Below are positions 10,655 through 20,399 of a stretch of DNA of 64,000 bases, piece by piece. Below the pieces are notes generated by a model. That model was not told the DNA's origin. It made no database searches and worked only from the letters and a program-made list of their open reading frames with translations. Source of the DNA: an uncultured Acidobacteriaceae bacterium (GTDB lineage: Bacteria > Acidobacteriota > Terriglobia > Terriglobales > Acidobacteriaceae); assembly GCA_963827005.1 (NCBI GenBank), contig CAWGZD010000007.1:1161837-1225836 (forward strand), in the 5' to 3' direction. The translations under genes and the position numbers were made by a program. The number at the start of each line of letters is the position of its first letter. The stretch's first letter is position 1.

Positions 10655-12021
10655 GCGCGCAGGTTCGCATTATCGGTGCGGGGCTGGCTGGGTCAGAAGC
10701 GGCGTGGCAGTGTGCGCGGCGGGGTGTGGACGTGGAACTGTTCGAGATGCGGCCGGTGCGGTCGACGCCTGCGCATCAGACTGCCGATTTTGCGGAGCTG
10801 GTGTGCTCGAATTCGTTGAAGTCGGACAGCGAGAACACGGCTCCGTGGCTGTTGAAGGAAGAAATGCGGCGCGCGAGTTCGCTGCTGCTGGAAATTGCGC
10901 GGGCCTGCGCCGTTCCCGCCGGGCATGCGCTGGCGGTGGATCGAGTCACATTTGCGGCGAAGGTGACGGAGGCGATCTGCCGCGAGCCGCGGATTGCGGT
11001 GCGGCGCGAGGAAGTGACTTCCATTCAAGAGGCGAGCCAAGGGATTACCGTTATCGCGACCGGGCCTTTGACTTCGGAAGCTCTGGCGGCGGAGATCGCG
11101 CGGCTTAGTTCCGATACTTCTTCAGCCGTCGCGAATTCAGCCGTTCCAAACCCTCATTTGTACTTTTACGATTCGATCAGTCCGATCGTGGAGGCGGATT
11201 CGATCGACATGTCGCGGGTATACCTGGCGGCGCGCTATGACAAAGGGTCGGCGGATTACATTAACTGTCCGATGACCGCGGAAGATTATGACCGGTTCTA
11301 TGTTGCGCTTGTGGCGGCCCAATCGGTGGAGGAGCGCGATTGGGAAAAGCTGAATTATTTTGAGAGCTGCCTGCCCATCGAAGAGATCGCGCGGCGCGGG
11401 CGCGATACGCTGCGCTTTGGCCCGATGAAGCCCGTCGGGCTGAAAGATCCGCGTACCGGGCGAATGCCCTACGCGGTGGTGCAACTGCGGCAGGAAAATC
11501 TGCGGGCCGATTCCTACAACCTGGTGGGATTCCAGAATCATTTGAAGTTTGGCGAGCAGGCGCGTGTATTGCGCCTGATTCCTGGCCTTGAGAACGCGCG
11601 CTTCCTGCGCTACGGACAGATTCATCGCAATACCTATATCAACAGCCCGTCGTTGCTGCGCGAAACTCTGCAGATGAAAGCCCATCCGGGAGTTTTGTTC
11701 GCGGGCCAGATTTGCGGAGTAGAAGGCTACGTTGAGTCGATTGCGACTGGACTGATGGCTGGGATGCATGCTGCGGCCCTGGTGCGCGGAGACGAACCTC
11801 TGCCGCCGCCGCGGGCTTCCGCGTTTGGATCGCTGGCTCATTACGTAACCCATGCCGACGCGAAGAACTTCCAGCCCGCGAACATCACGTTTGACTTGTT
11901 GCCTGCCCTGGAACAGAAGATCCGCGACCGCAAGGAACGTCACCGGCTGCAGTGCGAGTTGGCCCTGCGGCAGTTTGACGAGTGGAGGGAACAGACCTCC
12001 GCAACCGCGGCGAAGGTTTGA
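10651..12021 (+). CDS. trmFO: methylenetetrahydrofolate--tRNA-(uracil54-C5)-methyltransferase TrmFO
   Basis: MSAQVRIIGAGLAGSEAAWQ FAD fold, then CSNSLKSD and GFQNHLKFGEQ..GQICGVEGYVES. The ATG at 10651 overlaps the GNAT stop (ATGA). Confidence 0.9.
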   Translation: MSAQVRIIGAGLAGSEAAWQCARRGVDVELFEMRPVRSTPAHQTADFAELVCSNSLKSDSENTAPWLLKEEMRRASSLLLEIARACAVPAGHALAVDRVTFAAKVTEAICREPRIAVRREEVTSIQEASQGITVIATGPLTSEALAAEIARLSSDTSSAVANSAVPNPHLYFYDSISPIVEADSIDMSRVYLAARYDKGSADYINCPMTAEDYDRFYVALVAAQSVEERDWEKLNYFESCLPIEEIARRGRDTLRFGPMKPVGLKDPRTGRMPYAVVQLRQENLRADSYNLVGFQNHLKFGEQARVLRLIPGLENARFLRYGQIHRNTYINSPSLLRETLQMKAHPGVLFAGQICGVEGYVESIATGLMAGMHAAALVRGDEPLPPPRASAFGSLAHYVTHADAKNFQPANITFDLLPALEQKIRDRKERHRLQCELALRQFDEWREQTSATAAKV

Positions 12022-12185
12022 ATCACCAGTCGTCCTCGCAAGTCGTCCTCGCAAATCACGCTTTTTCCTGAAACATTTTCCTTGAACAATCAGACCGCCG
12101 GATACGTATCTGAATTAACGAGGGGATAAACCGTCCGGGCAGGCTTACTTTCCCGGCTCGGTCGCGTCCAATTCAAAGAAGCGCT

Positions 12186-13447
12186 ATGACTCTGGCAGAT
12201 CTCTTTCGTGACGTTTTGCGAACCTTGTGGGCGCACAAGCTGCGCGCCTTTCTGACCATGTTCGGCATCGCTTGGGGCATCGTGTCGATCGTCCTGATGG
12301 TTGCGGCTGGCGAGGGACTCGAGAAGGGGCAGGAAGCGCAAGCCCGCAACCTGGGCAAGGATGTGATGATTGTTTTTCACGGCCGCACCAGCCTGCAGGC
12401 CGGCGGAACCCACGCCGGGCGGGCCGTTCACTGGGACGACAGCGATCTGCCGGTGGTGCAGGCCGAGACGCCAGACTGCCAATATGCGATTCCCGAACTC
12501 GAGCAGGATACGGTGCGGGCGCACAGCAACTTCAACAATGCCGCGTTCACGGTGACCGGATCGCATCCGCAGTTTGCCTATATTCGCAGCTCTCGATGTC
12601 GGCGAGGGACGCTTCTACGACTGGGACGACATGCGCGAAGCCAGGCGCGTTGCGTTCATGGGATCGGATGCCGCCAAACAATTATTTCCGGGACGCAATC
12701 CGGTGGGGGACAACGTTTATCTGAACGATTTTCCTTACGTCGTGATCGGAGTGATGGCGAAGAAGAAACAGGATTCCAGCTACGACGGCTGGGATGTGAA
12801 CAAAGATTTTCATTCCGTTCTCTGCGATGCGCCGCGACTTCCCCGACAAACCTCCGGGTACAGCAACCACGTTCGATCAACTGCTGGTGACGCCGAAATC
12901 GGTGGAGCAGCACGAGGCCTGCAAGCACGAAGTACGCGTCGCGCTGGCTCGCATGCACCGCTACGACCCGACCGACAAAGAAGCCTGCCCCATCTGGGAT
13001 ACGGTGCAGGAAGCGCAGGCATTCAAAACGATGACCGACGGCATGAAATATTTTCTGGGCGCGGTCGGGATCGTGACCCTGGTGCTGGGCGGCATCGGCG
13101 TGATGAACGTGATGCTGGTGGCGGTGCGCGAACGCACGCGCGAGATCGGAGTGCGCAAGGCGATCGGAGCGCCCGCGGAAGTAATACTGCGCCAGTTTTT
13201 CGTCGAGGCTCTCATTATTGCGGGACTCAGCGGTGCGGTGGGGTTGGCTGTAGCGTTCGGCTTCTGTGCGCTGGTAAATTTGCTGCCCATGCCCGACTTT
13301 TTTGCCGGGCTGGTTCCCGACTGGACATCAGGCTTGGTGGCCGCAGGTTTACTGGGAGCGATTGCGGTAGCCGCGGCGCTGCTTCCGGCGCGGAGAGCCG
13401 CTTCCATTGATCCGATTGAAGCGCTTCGCTACGAAGCCGGCGGGTAA
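12186..13447 (+). CDS. MacB-type ABC transporter permease (MacB_PCD + FtsX), 2 frameshifts
   Basis: LRTLWAHKLRAFLTMFGIAWGIVSIV N-terminal TM. The FtsX C-terminus is GGIGVMNVMLVAVRERTREIGVRKAIGA...LPARRAASIDPIEALRYE. Pieces are 12186-12890, 12574-13410 and 12827-13447. Confidence 0.8.
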
Positions 13448-13543
13448 GGAGATTGGGCGAACGGGTCAATAGGTGATTGAACACGACTGTGCGTTTTTCA
13501 ATCGACAATCACCAAATCGCGCAATCACTCAATTTGGTTTCTT

Positions 13544-14802
13544 ATGCTGATTGAAATCATTCACGAAGCGTGGGTCGCACTCAAGAGGAACCTGACGCGC
13601 AGCTTCCTCACCATGCTCGGCATTGTGTGGGGAATCGCCACGGTCACGCTGCTGATCGCGTATGGCAGCAGCTTCCGCGGCGTTCTCGTGCACGGCTTCG
13701 ATGCCTTCGGCAAGAGCGTGGTGATCTGCTGGCCGCAGCAGACCAGCGAACAGCCGGGCGGCCAGCGCGCCGGCAAGAAAGTTCTGATCGAGCAGGCCGA
13801 CGTTGATATGGTGAAGGCCACGGCTCCGCTGGTTCGGCATGTGTGCCGCGAAACCGTGAACCGGCCCGGGATTGCCTATGGCGACCGCATGGTGGCACAG
13901 CGCCGGTGCGCGGCGTCTGTCCGGAATATGGCGAGATGCGCAACGAGGTCCCTTCGGAAGGCCGCTGGCTCGATGCCGGCGACGAACTCGAACGGCGCCG
14001 CGTGATCTTTCTCGGCGGGCGCCTGAAAGAAGAGCTCTTCAGCGGCCGGCCTGCCGTCGGCGAAACGGTGTAACGGTGAGCGGCGTGCGCTTTACCGTGG
14101 TCGGCGTGATGGCCCGCAAGATTCAGCTCAGCAACTATTTCTCCAGCGACGATGAATCGTCGTGGATTCCCTACTCGACGGCCGGCGACTTGTGGAACAC
14201 GCGCTACGCCGCCGTCATGCTGTTTGAGCCGATCGCGCCGCAGTTCGAGAAGAAAGCCATGGCGCAGGTGTTGGCCGCAGTGGCTACGCGGCAAGGATTT
14301 CTCGCCTACCGATCCCAAAGCCTTCCAGATGTTCGGGCGCGATGAATTCCGCCCCGTCATCGACGCGCTCACCATCGGGCTGCAGGTGTCTGCTCGCTTT
14401 TATTGGAACGTTGACGCTTGGCATCGGCGGCGTCGGCGTGATGAACATCATGCTGGTCTCGGTGGATGAGCGCATTCGCGAGATCGGGCTGCGGCGGGCG
14501 CTGGGAGCGCGAAAGCGGCACATCAAGCTGCAGTTCCTGGCCGAGACTCTGCTGATCATGATGGTCGGAGGCGTGATCGGGGTGGCGCTTTCCTACGTGA
14601 TCGCCTGGGCCGTCGGAACTCTGCCCATGATGGGGCCGCTGTTTGAAGATGATTCCGGGCAAGGCGATATCCACTTGCGCATTTCGTTGTCACGGTCGTG
14701 CTCTCAAGCCTGGTGTTGCTGATGGTAGGAGTGATCAGCGGACTGGTTCCCGCCATGCGAGCCTCGAAGCTGGATCCGGTCGAAGCGCTGAGGTACGAAT
14801 AA
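13544..14802 (+). CDS. MacB-type ABC transporter permease (MacB_PCD + FtsX), at least 4 frameshifts
   Basis: LKRNLTRSFLTMLGIVWGIATV, then GIGGVGVMNIMLVSVDERIREIGLRRALGA, then ISGLVPAMRASKLDPVEALRYE read in a shifted frame ending at 14802. Confidence 0.8.
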
Positions 14803-14971
14803 GCTGAAGATCAAGCCGCGATGCGAAAATAGTTGCAGCCTGCTTCTGCACTTGAGCCCATGATCTCGGTCTTTTTCTTTTCACCTCGAATTGATTTGAT
14901 CCGCGGCGCGATTCGCAGTACCTTGCTGTGAGTTACTCGTTGCCCGAGGTGCACCTTGCCAATTTTCCGCC

Positions 14972-16078
14972 GTGGATGCGATCACCCCCGCCTTTGAACA
15001 CACTAAGCGGCAGCTTTTCCAGCCATTTCGTTTCGGCCAATGGACGCGGCTTGCCGTCGTGGGCTTGCTGGCTGGAGAACTCGGCTCCGGCGGCGGATGC
15101 AACGTACCCAATCTCTCCAACTTCAAGATGCCCCGACAACCAGGCTCTACGGGACACGTTCTGGCGCCGGGTTTGGCGGGGACGGATCCCGCTTTGTTCG
15201 CGGGGCTGATCGCAGTGTTCATCGTGGCGGCTTTCGTGATCGGCATTGTGTTGATGTATGTGAGCAGCGTCATGCGCTTCATTCTGTTCGACGCCGTGCT
15301 GGCGAAGGAATGCCGCATCCGCAAGGGCTGGGGCACGCGGCAGGCGCCCGGGTTGCGCTATTTCGTCTGGAAGCTGCTCTACATGGTGGCGACGTTCGGT
15401 GCCATGATCGTGGTCGTTGGAATCCCCGCAGGCTTCGCCTTCGCCATGGGATGGCTCAACGGACCCAGGCAGCACTTGGTGCCGCTCGTGCTCGGCGGTG
15501 TCGCCGTGTTTTTCGTATTCGCAACCCTGGTCATCGCAACGTCGGTGATCTATGTATTGACCAAAGATTTCGTCATCCCGCAGATGGCGTTGGAAGGCGT
15601 TGGCGCGCTGGAAGGCTGGCAGCGGCTTTGGGCGATGATGAAGGCCGAGAAGGGCGTCTACGCCGGCTATATTGGCATGAAGATCGTGCTGGCCATCGGT
15701 TCCAGCATCATCTTTGGAATTGTGGGTTTTATTTTTGCTCTGATCTTTTTAATTCCAACCGCAGGATTGGCGGTTGCTGCGGTGGTAGCAGGAAAAGCGG
15801 CAGGCCTGGGTTGGACCGTAGGCACGATCACGCTGGCGGTAGTTGCAGGATGCATCGTGCTCGCTGTTTTCCTTTATATGATGGCGCTGATTTCAGTGCC
15901 GCCGATCGTATTCTTTCCGGCCTATTCCATTTACTTTTTTGCCGCACGCTATCCCGCTCTGAGCGCCGTGCTTTACCCCGCAGCGCCGGCCCCGGTCGCA
16001 CCCCAAATCCCGTCCGCCGTGCCGCCTCCACCGTATGAACCTCCACCGTTGCCACCTGCGCCGGAGCCGATCGGATAG
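14972..16078 (+). CDS. polytopic membrane protein with proline-rich C-terminal tail, unknown function
   Basis: Intact 368-aa ORF (GTG start). There are about 6 hydrophobic spans (e.g. FAGLIAVFIVAAFVIGIVLMYV, IIFGIVGFIFALIFLIP) and the tail is PAAPAPVAPQIPSAVPPPPYEPPPLPPAPEPIG. Confidence 0.6.
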   Translation: MDAITPAFEHTKRQLFQPFRFGQWTRLAVVGLLAGELGSGGGCNVPNLSNFKMPRQPGSTGHVLAPGLAGTDPALFAGLIAVFIVAAFVIGIVLMYVSSVMRFILFDAVLAKECRIRKGWGTRQAPGLRYFVWKLLYMVATFGAMIVVVGIPAGFAFAMGWLNGPRQHLVPLVLGGVAVFFVFATLVIATSVIYVLTKDFVIPQMALEGVGALEGWQRLWAMMKAEKGVYAGYIGMKIVLAIGSSIIFGIVGFIFALIFLIPTAGLAVAAVVAGKAAGLGWTVGTITLAVVAGCIVLAVFLYMMALISVPPIVFFPAYSIYFFAARYPALSAVLYPAAPAPVAPQIPSAVPPPPYEPPPLPPAPEPIG

Positions 16079-16103
16079 AGCGCGGCGCACATCAAGCAAA
16101 ATT

Positions 16104-16140
16104 TGTCATTCCCAGCGGGGCGAGGAACCCTGGTTTTGCC
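16104..16140 (+). repeat. solo REP-like element (GTCATTCC type)
   Basis: gtcattcccagcggggcgaggaaccctggttttgccg. The same GTCAT(T/C)CC-type motif recurs at 34573, 35397, 37078, 47440-48210 and 50112. Confidence 0.5.
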
Positions 16141-16278
16141 GGCGCACGGCAAAAGACCGTCCTCTGTTGCAGCCCTCGACAGAATCACAATCGACGAACA
16201 GCGTGGAACTCTCCCGAGACCTCAGGTGTCTGATCTTGCAGACACGCGCGTGCCAAACGAGAAGCCGAGGAGCTTTCT

Positions 16279-16722
16279 ATGTCGTTCTCAATGGCAGGCA
16301 GAGGTGCGCGCGGTCCCGAAATAAACGTCACCCCGCTGATCGACGTGCTGCTGACGCTGATCATCGTCTTCATGGTCGTGGTGTCGATGGACAAAGAGCA
16401 GGGCGAAACCGCGCAGATTCCGCAGCCGGAAGAGAAGCAGGCCGCGCCAGAGCCGGAGTCTCATGCGATCGTCATCCAGGTGATGTGGACGAAAGACGAT
16501 CAGCCGCCAACGGTGAAAATCAACCAGGACGATGTGCGCTGGGAAGATCTGGAAACGCGCCTCGCGGAAATCTATCTGAAGCGCGCCGAGAAAGTGGTCT
16601 TCGTCCGCGGCGATGATGACGTCGACTTCCAGTACGTTGCGGACGTGATCGACCTGGCGCACCACGCGGGCGTGCAGAGAGTGGGGTTGCTGACAATGGG
16701 TCGGGAAGTGGCGGGAGAGTGA
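16279..16722 (+). CDS. exbD: biopolymer transport protein ExbD/TolR
   Basis: EINVTPLIDVLLTLIIVFMV signature TM plus a C-terminal VFVRGDDDVDFQYVADVIDLAHHAG block. The ORF is intact and stands alone (no exbB/tonB next to it). Confidence 0.85.
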   Translation: MSFSMAGRGARGPEINVTPLIDVLLTLIIVFMVVVSMDKEQGETAQIPQPEEKQAAPEPESHAIVIQVMWTKDDQPPTVKINQDDVRWEDLETRLAEIYLKRAEKVVFVRGDDDVDFQYVADVIDLAHHAGVQRVGLLTMGREVAGE

Positions 16723-16775
16723 GCGCACCGGAGCGCGCGCAGGCGATGGGCACTATCTCTGACTGACACAACGGT

Positions 16776-18245
16776 TCAGGAATTCCTCGCCCGATTCTTA
16801 ATCCAGATCGGCGTCCCCAAAAATCCGAAAGCCTTCCGGATCTGGTTCTCCAGAAACCTCTGGTAGGAAAAGTGCAGCTTCACGGCGCGATTGGTAAAGA
16901 GCACAAACGTCGGTGGCGCAACTGAGGCCTGCGTCATATAAAGAATTTTCACGCGCGAGCGCATGGGAACAGAAGCACGCTCGAAATCCACCGTTTCGAT
17001 AAATCGATTCATCGCCGACGTGGAAATCCGCTTGCGGCGCTCCACCGCAACCTGTTCGAGCAGCGGAAAAATTCTCTCCACACCTTTGCCGGTATTGGCT
17101 GAAATAAAAACGATAGGCGCATAGGTCAGGAATTTGAGGTCCCAGCGCAAGCGCTCTTCGTAAGCGTCACGGTCGCCGGGCCGCTTGCCTTCGCGCATGC
17201 GCATGGCCTTCGAAGGCCTGCCGGCCTTCAGTTCGCCGCTGGTGACAAGATCCCATTTGTTGACCACGATAATAATCGAACGCCCGCTCTCGTGCGCGTA
17301 GCCGGCAATGGCGGCATCAAGCTGGCTTACGCCTTCCGTGGCGTCGATCACGAGCAGCGCAATATCCGCGGCTTCCAGATGTTTGCGCGCCATCACGACC
17401 GAAAGCTTCTCGGCCATCAAGTGAGTCTTGCCCTTGCGGCGAATGCCGGCCGTGTCGATAAAACGGAAGCGCCGGCCGTTGTGCTCAACAATTTCGTCGA
17501 CCGCATCGCGCGTCGTGCCGGGGATGGGCGAAACAATCGCGCGGTCAGACGCCGTAAGACAATTCAGCAGCGTGGACTTGCCCACGTTCGGGTGCCCAAT
17601 GATCGCAACCTTGGTTTCGTAAACGGGCTCCGCTTCGGCCGATTCGTCTGATTCTTGCCGCTCTTCCTCCGTGTCCCCTGTGTTTAAGGTTTTTGTTGGC
17701 GGCGGCAAGGCCTCAAACACCGCATCCAGCAGATCGTCAATGCCGCGCCCGTGTTCCGCGGAGATGGGAAACATCTGCTTGATTCCCAGCCGGTGGAACT
17801 CATCCACAATGTGCGCTTGCTTCTCGGTATCGGCCTTGTTCACCGCGAGAAACAGCGGACGCCCCGTCTTGCGCAGCAAGCGAACCAGCTCAAGGTCAGG
17901 CCCCGCGATCTCGGACCGGCCATCGACCACCAGAATAATGGCCGCCGCCTCATCGAACGCAACCCGGGCCTGCCGGAAAATTTCCGATGGAATGAAAGCT
18001 TCGTCGTCCGGAATAATCCCACCGGTGTCGATAATGCGGATGCGCCGCCCACGCCACTCCGCGTCGCCATAAAGGCGGTCGCGCGTGATGCCAGGTTCGT
18101 CGCCCACGATAGCCCGCCGCGATCCCACGATGCGATTGAACAGTGTGGACTTGCCTACGTTCGGTCGGCCCACGATGGCAAGGGTAGGAACGCCGGCTGC
18201 GGTGGTGGCGAGCGTGCTGGTCGAGTTGTAAGTGGGCTGGGTCAA
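16776..18245 (-). CDS. der: ribosome-associated GTPase Der (EngA)
   Basis: Two GTPase domains: GRPNVGKSTLFN/DTGG/NKAD and GHPNVGKSTLLN/DTAG/NKWD, followed by a KH-like C-terminus. Confidence 0.95.
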   Translation of the reverse strand: MTQPTYNSTSTLATTAAGVPTLAIVGRPNVGKSTLFNRIVGSRRAIVGDEPGITRDRLYGDAEWRGRRIRIIDTGGIIPDDEAFIPSEIFRQARVAFDEAAAIILVVDGRSEIAGPDLELVRLLRKTGRPLFLAVNKADTEKQAHIVDEFHRLGIKQMFPISAEHGRGIDDLLDAVFEALPPPTKTLNTGDTEEERQESDESAEAEPVYETKVAIIGHPNVGKSTLLNCLTASDRAIVSPIPGTTRDAVDEIVEHNGRRFRFIDTAGIRRKGKTHLMAEKLSVVMARKHLEAADIALLVIDATEGVSQLDAAIAGYAHESGRSIIIVVNKWDLVTSGELKAGRPSKAMRMREGKRPGDRDAYEERLRWDLKFLTYAPIVFISANTGKGVERIFPLLEQVAVERRKRISTSAMNRFIETVDFERASVPMRSRVKILYMTQASVAPPTFVLFTNRAVKLHFSYQRFLENQIRKAFGFLGTPIWIKNRARNS

Positions 18246-18324
18246 AAGGTTGAGCCAATGGGTTGAGTCAAAATGAACGGCAATCCGCTACTGATCACTG
18301 CGAACCCTTATTATAGAGACTCCC

Positions 18325-20388
18325 GTGGCTTTGCGTTCCCAACCCGCGTCTCCCGCAGCCGCTGCTCCCTCCGCGCCTGGCGGCAAGGACGCATCTCTCT
18401 ATCAATTCTTTGCCCCGGGCGGAGTGCTCGCGCGCACCCATCCCGCCTATGAATTCCGGCGCGGGCAGTTGCAGATGGCGCAGACGGTCGAGCAAGCGCT
18501 CGAGGAAAAACGGCACCTGATCGTGGAAGCCGGCACCGGCACGGGAAAGACACTGGCCTACCTGATGCCAGTGATTCGCTCGGGCAAGCGCGTCATCATC
18601 TCAACCGGCACCAAGAATTTGCAGGAGCAGCTTTTCTACAAAGACGTGCCTTTTCTGGAGCACGCCTTATTCGGCGAGGCCGCTTCCGGCCAGCTCTCCG
18701 TCTGCTACATGAAAGGCCGCAACAATTATCTCTGCCGTAAGAAACTCTACGACCTCACCGACCAGCCAGTGTTGAGCGGGCTGGAGGAGATCGAGCAGTA
18801 TCGCGCCATTGCCGCGTGGGAAAAAACCACCGCGACCGGCGACCGCGCCGAACTTGCCGAACTTCCGGAAGCCAGCGCGCTGTGGCACAAGCTCGACGCT
18901 CGCTCCGACACCTGCACCGGACAAAAATGCAGCGAGTGGGAGCGCTGCTTCATCACCGAAATGCGACGGCGCGGGTTGGAGAGCGACATTGTCATCGTCA
19001 ACCATCATCTATTCTTCGCCGATCTTGCCATCAAGCTTCAGGCCGAAGGCGCGCCTGATGCCGGAATCCTGCCCGATGCCGCGGCCGTCATTTTCGATGA
19101 AGCGCACGAACTCGAAGACGTGGCGGGAAGCTACTTCGGAATTTCCGTCAGCAACCTGCGCGTCGAGGACCTGGCGCGCGATGTCGAAGCCTCGCTGCAA
19201 CACAACCGCATGCTGTCGGCGCCGCTTTCAGGTGCGCTCGGCAGCTTGCGAGAACGGTCTCAGTTTTTCTTTTCGCTCTTGCCGCCCGGAGAAGGACGAT
19301 TTGCCTTCGAGACCCGCCGCGAGTTTCTGGAGGAAAACGGAGATGAGTTCCTCGCGTTCAATCAGGCACTCACGCGCCTGGCGGGGGAACTGGAGGGCTT
19401 GCCGCAGAAGCCGGAGGAAATTTTCAACTTTGTGCGGCGCGCTCAGGAACTTCAGGTGCAACTCAGCTTCGCCATGGAGTCAGACGATCGCAATACCGTG
19501 TTCTGGATCGAGCGCCGCGGCGGCAGAGGAAGAACGAGTTCAGCAAAAAGAGGCGCAGACGCCGAGAGAACCGGCAGGCAGAATGTCTTCCTACAAGCCA
19601 CTCCCATTGATGTCGGCCCCATCCTGCGCGAATGTCTTTGGTCAAAGCTGGAATGCGCCGTGCTCACGTCAGCTACTCTCGCAGTGGGCGGCGGCTTCGA
19701 ATATATCCGGCAGCGGCTCGGGCTAGAGCACGCCCGCGAGTCCGTGCTGCCTTCGCACTTCGACTACGAGAGCCAGGCTCTGTTCTATGTTCCGCCCGAT
19801 CTCCCGGATGCCCGCACGCCGCAGTTTACCCCTCAGGCGGCGGACCGCATCCGCAAGCTGCTCGAAATCACCCGCGGACGCGCCTTCGTTCTTTTCACCA
19901 GCTACGCCCAGATGAATGACGTTTATCAGCGCCTGCTGGGCGAGCTGGAGTTCCCCATGCTCCGCCAGGGCGACGCGCCGAAGAGCGCGCTGCTTGAGGA
20001 GTTCCGGCTCACCCCGAATGCCGTCCTGTTTGCCACTTCATCGTTCTGGCAGGGTGTGGACGTACAGGGCGAGCAACTCAGCTGCGTCATCATCGATCGG
20101 CTGCCCTTTGCCGTGCCCAGCGATCCCGTAGTGGCCGCGCGCGTGAAGGCGATCGACGCCGATGGCGGCAACGCATTTTTTCAGTACCAGGTCCCGGCCG
20201 CGGTGATCACCCTGAAACAGGGCTTCGGACGCCTGATCCGCTCCCTGCACGACCGCGGCTTGCTGGTGCTGCTCGATAACCGCATTCTGAAAAAGCAATA
20301 CGGCCGCGTTTTCATCGAGAGCCTGCCGAATTACAAAAAGACGACAGACATGCGCGTGGTGGAAGAATTCTTTGGTGTGGGAACTTAG
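18325..20388 (+). CDS. dinG: ATP-dependent DNA helicase, DinG/XPD (Rad3) family
   Basis: Walker A EAGTGTGKTLAYL, a DEAH box (FDEAHELED), four Cys of an Fe-S domain (CYMKGRNNYLC..C..C) and the C-terminal helicase motif QGFGRLIRS. Confidence 0.85.
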   Translation: MALRSQPASPAAAAPSAPGGKDASLYQFFAPGGVLARTHPAYEFRRGQLQMAQTVEQALEEKRHLIVEAGTGTGKTLAYLMPVIRSGKRVIISTGTKNLQEQLFYKDVPFLEHALFGEAASGQLSVCYMKGRNNYLCRKKLYDLTDQPVLSGLEEIEQYRAIAAWEKTTATGDRAELAELPEASALWHKLDARSDTCTGQKCSEWERCFITEMRRRGLESDIVIVNHHLFFADLAIKLQAEGAPDAGILPDAAAVIFDEAHELEDVAGSYFGISVSNLRVEDLARDVEASLQHNRMLSAPLSGALGSLRERSQFFFSLLPPGEGRFAFETRREFLEENGDEFLAFNQALTRLAGELEGLPQKPEEIFNFVRRAQELQVQLSFAMESDDRNTVFWIERRGGRGRTSSAKRGADAERTGRQNVFLQATPIDVGPILRECLWSKLECAVLTSATLAVGGGFEYIRQRLGLEHARESVLPSHFDYESQALFYVPPDLPDARTPQFTPQAADRIRKLLEITRGRAFVLFTSYAQMNDVYQRLLGELEFPMLRQGDAPKSALLEEFRLTPNAVLFATSSFWQGVDVQGEQLSCVIIDRLPFAVPSDPVVAARVKAIDADGGNAFFQYQVPAAVITLKQGFGRLIRSLHDRGLLVLLDNRILKKQYGRVFIESLPNYKKTTDMRVVEEFFGVGT

Positions 20389-20399
20389 TCCGAAGTTCT

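Noticed and set aside
11137-12054. 305-aa ORF antisense to trmFO
   Set aside because: It is a shadow ORF. TrmFO on the plus strand is intact and carries the diagnostic motifs.
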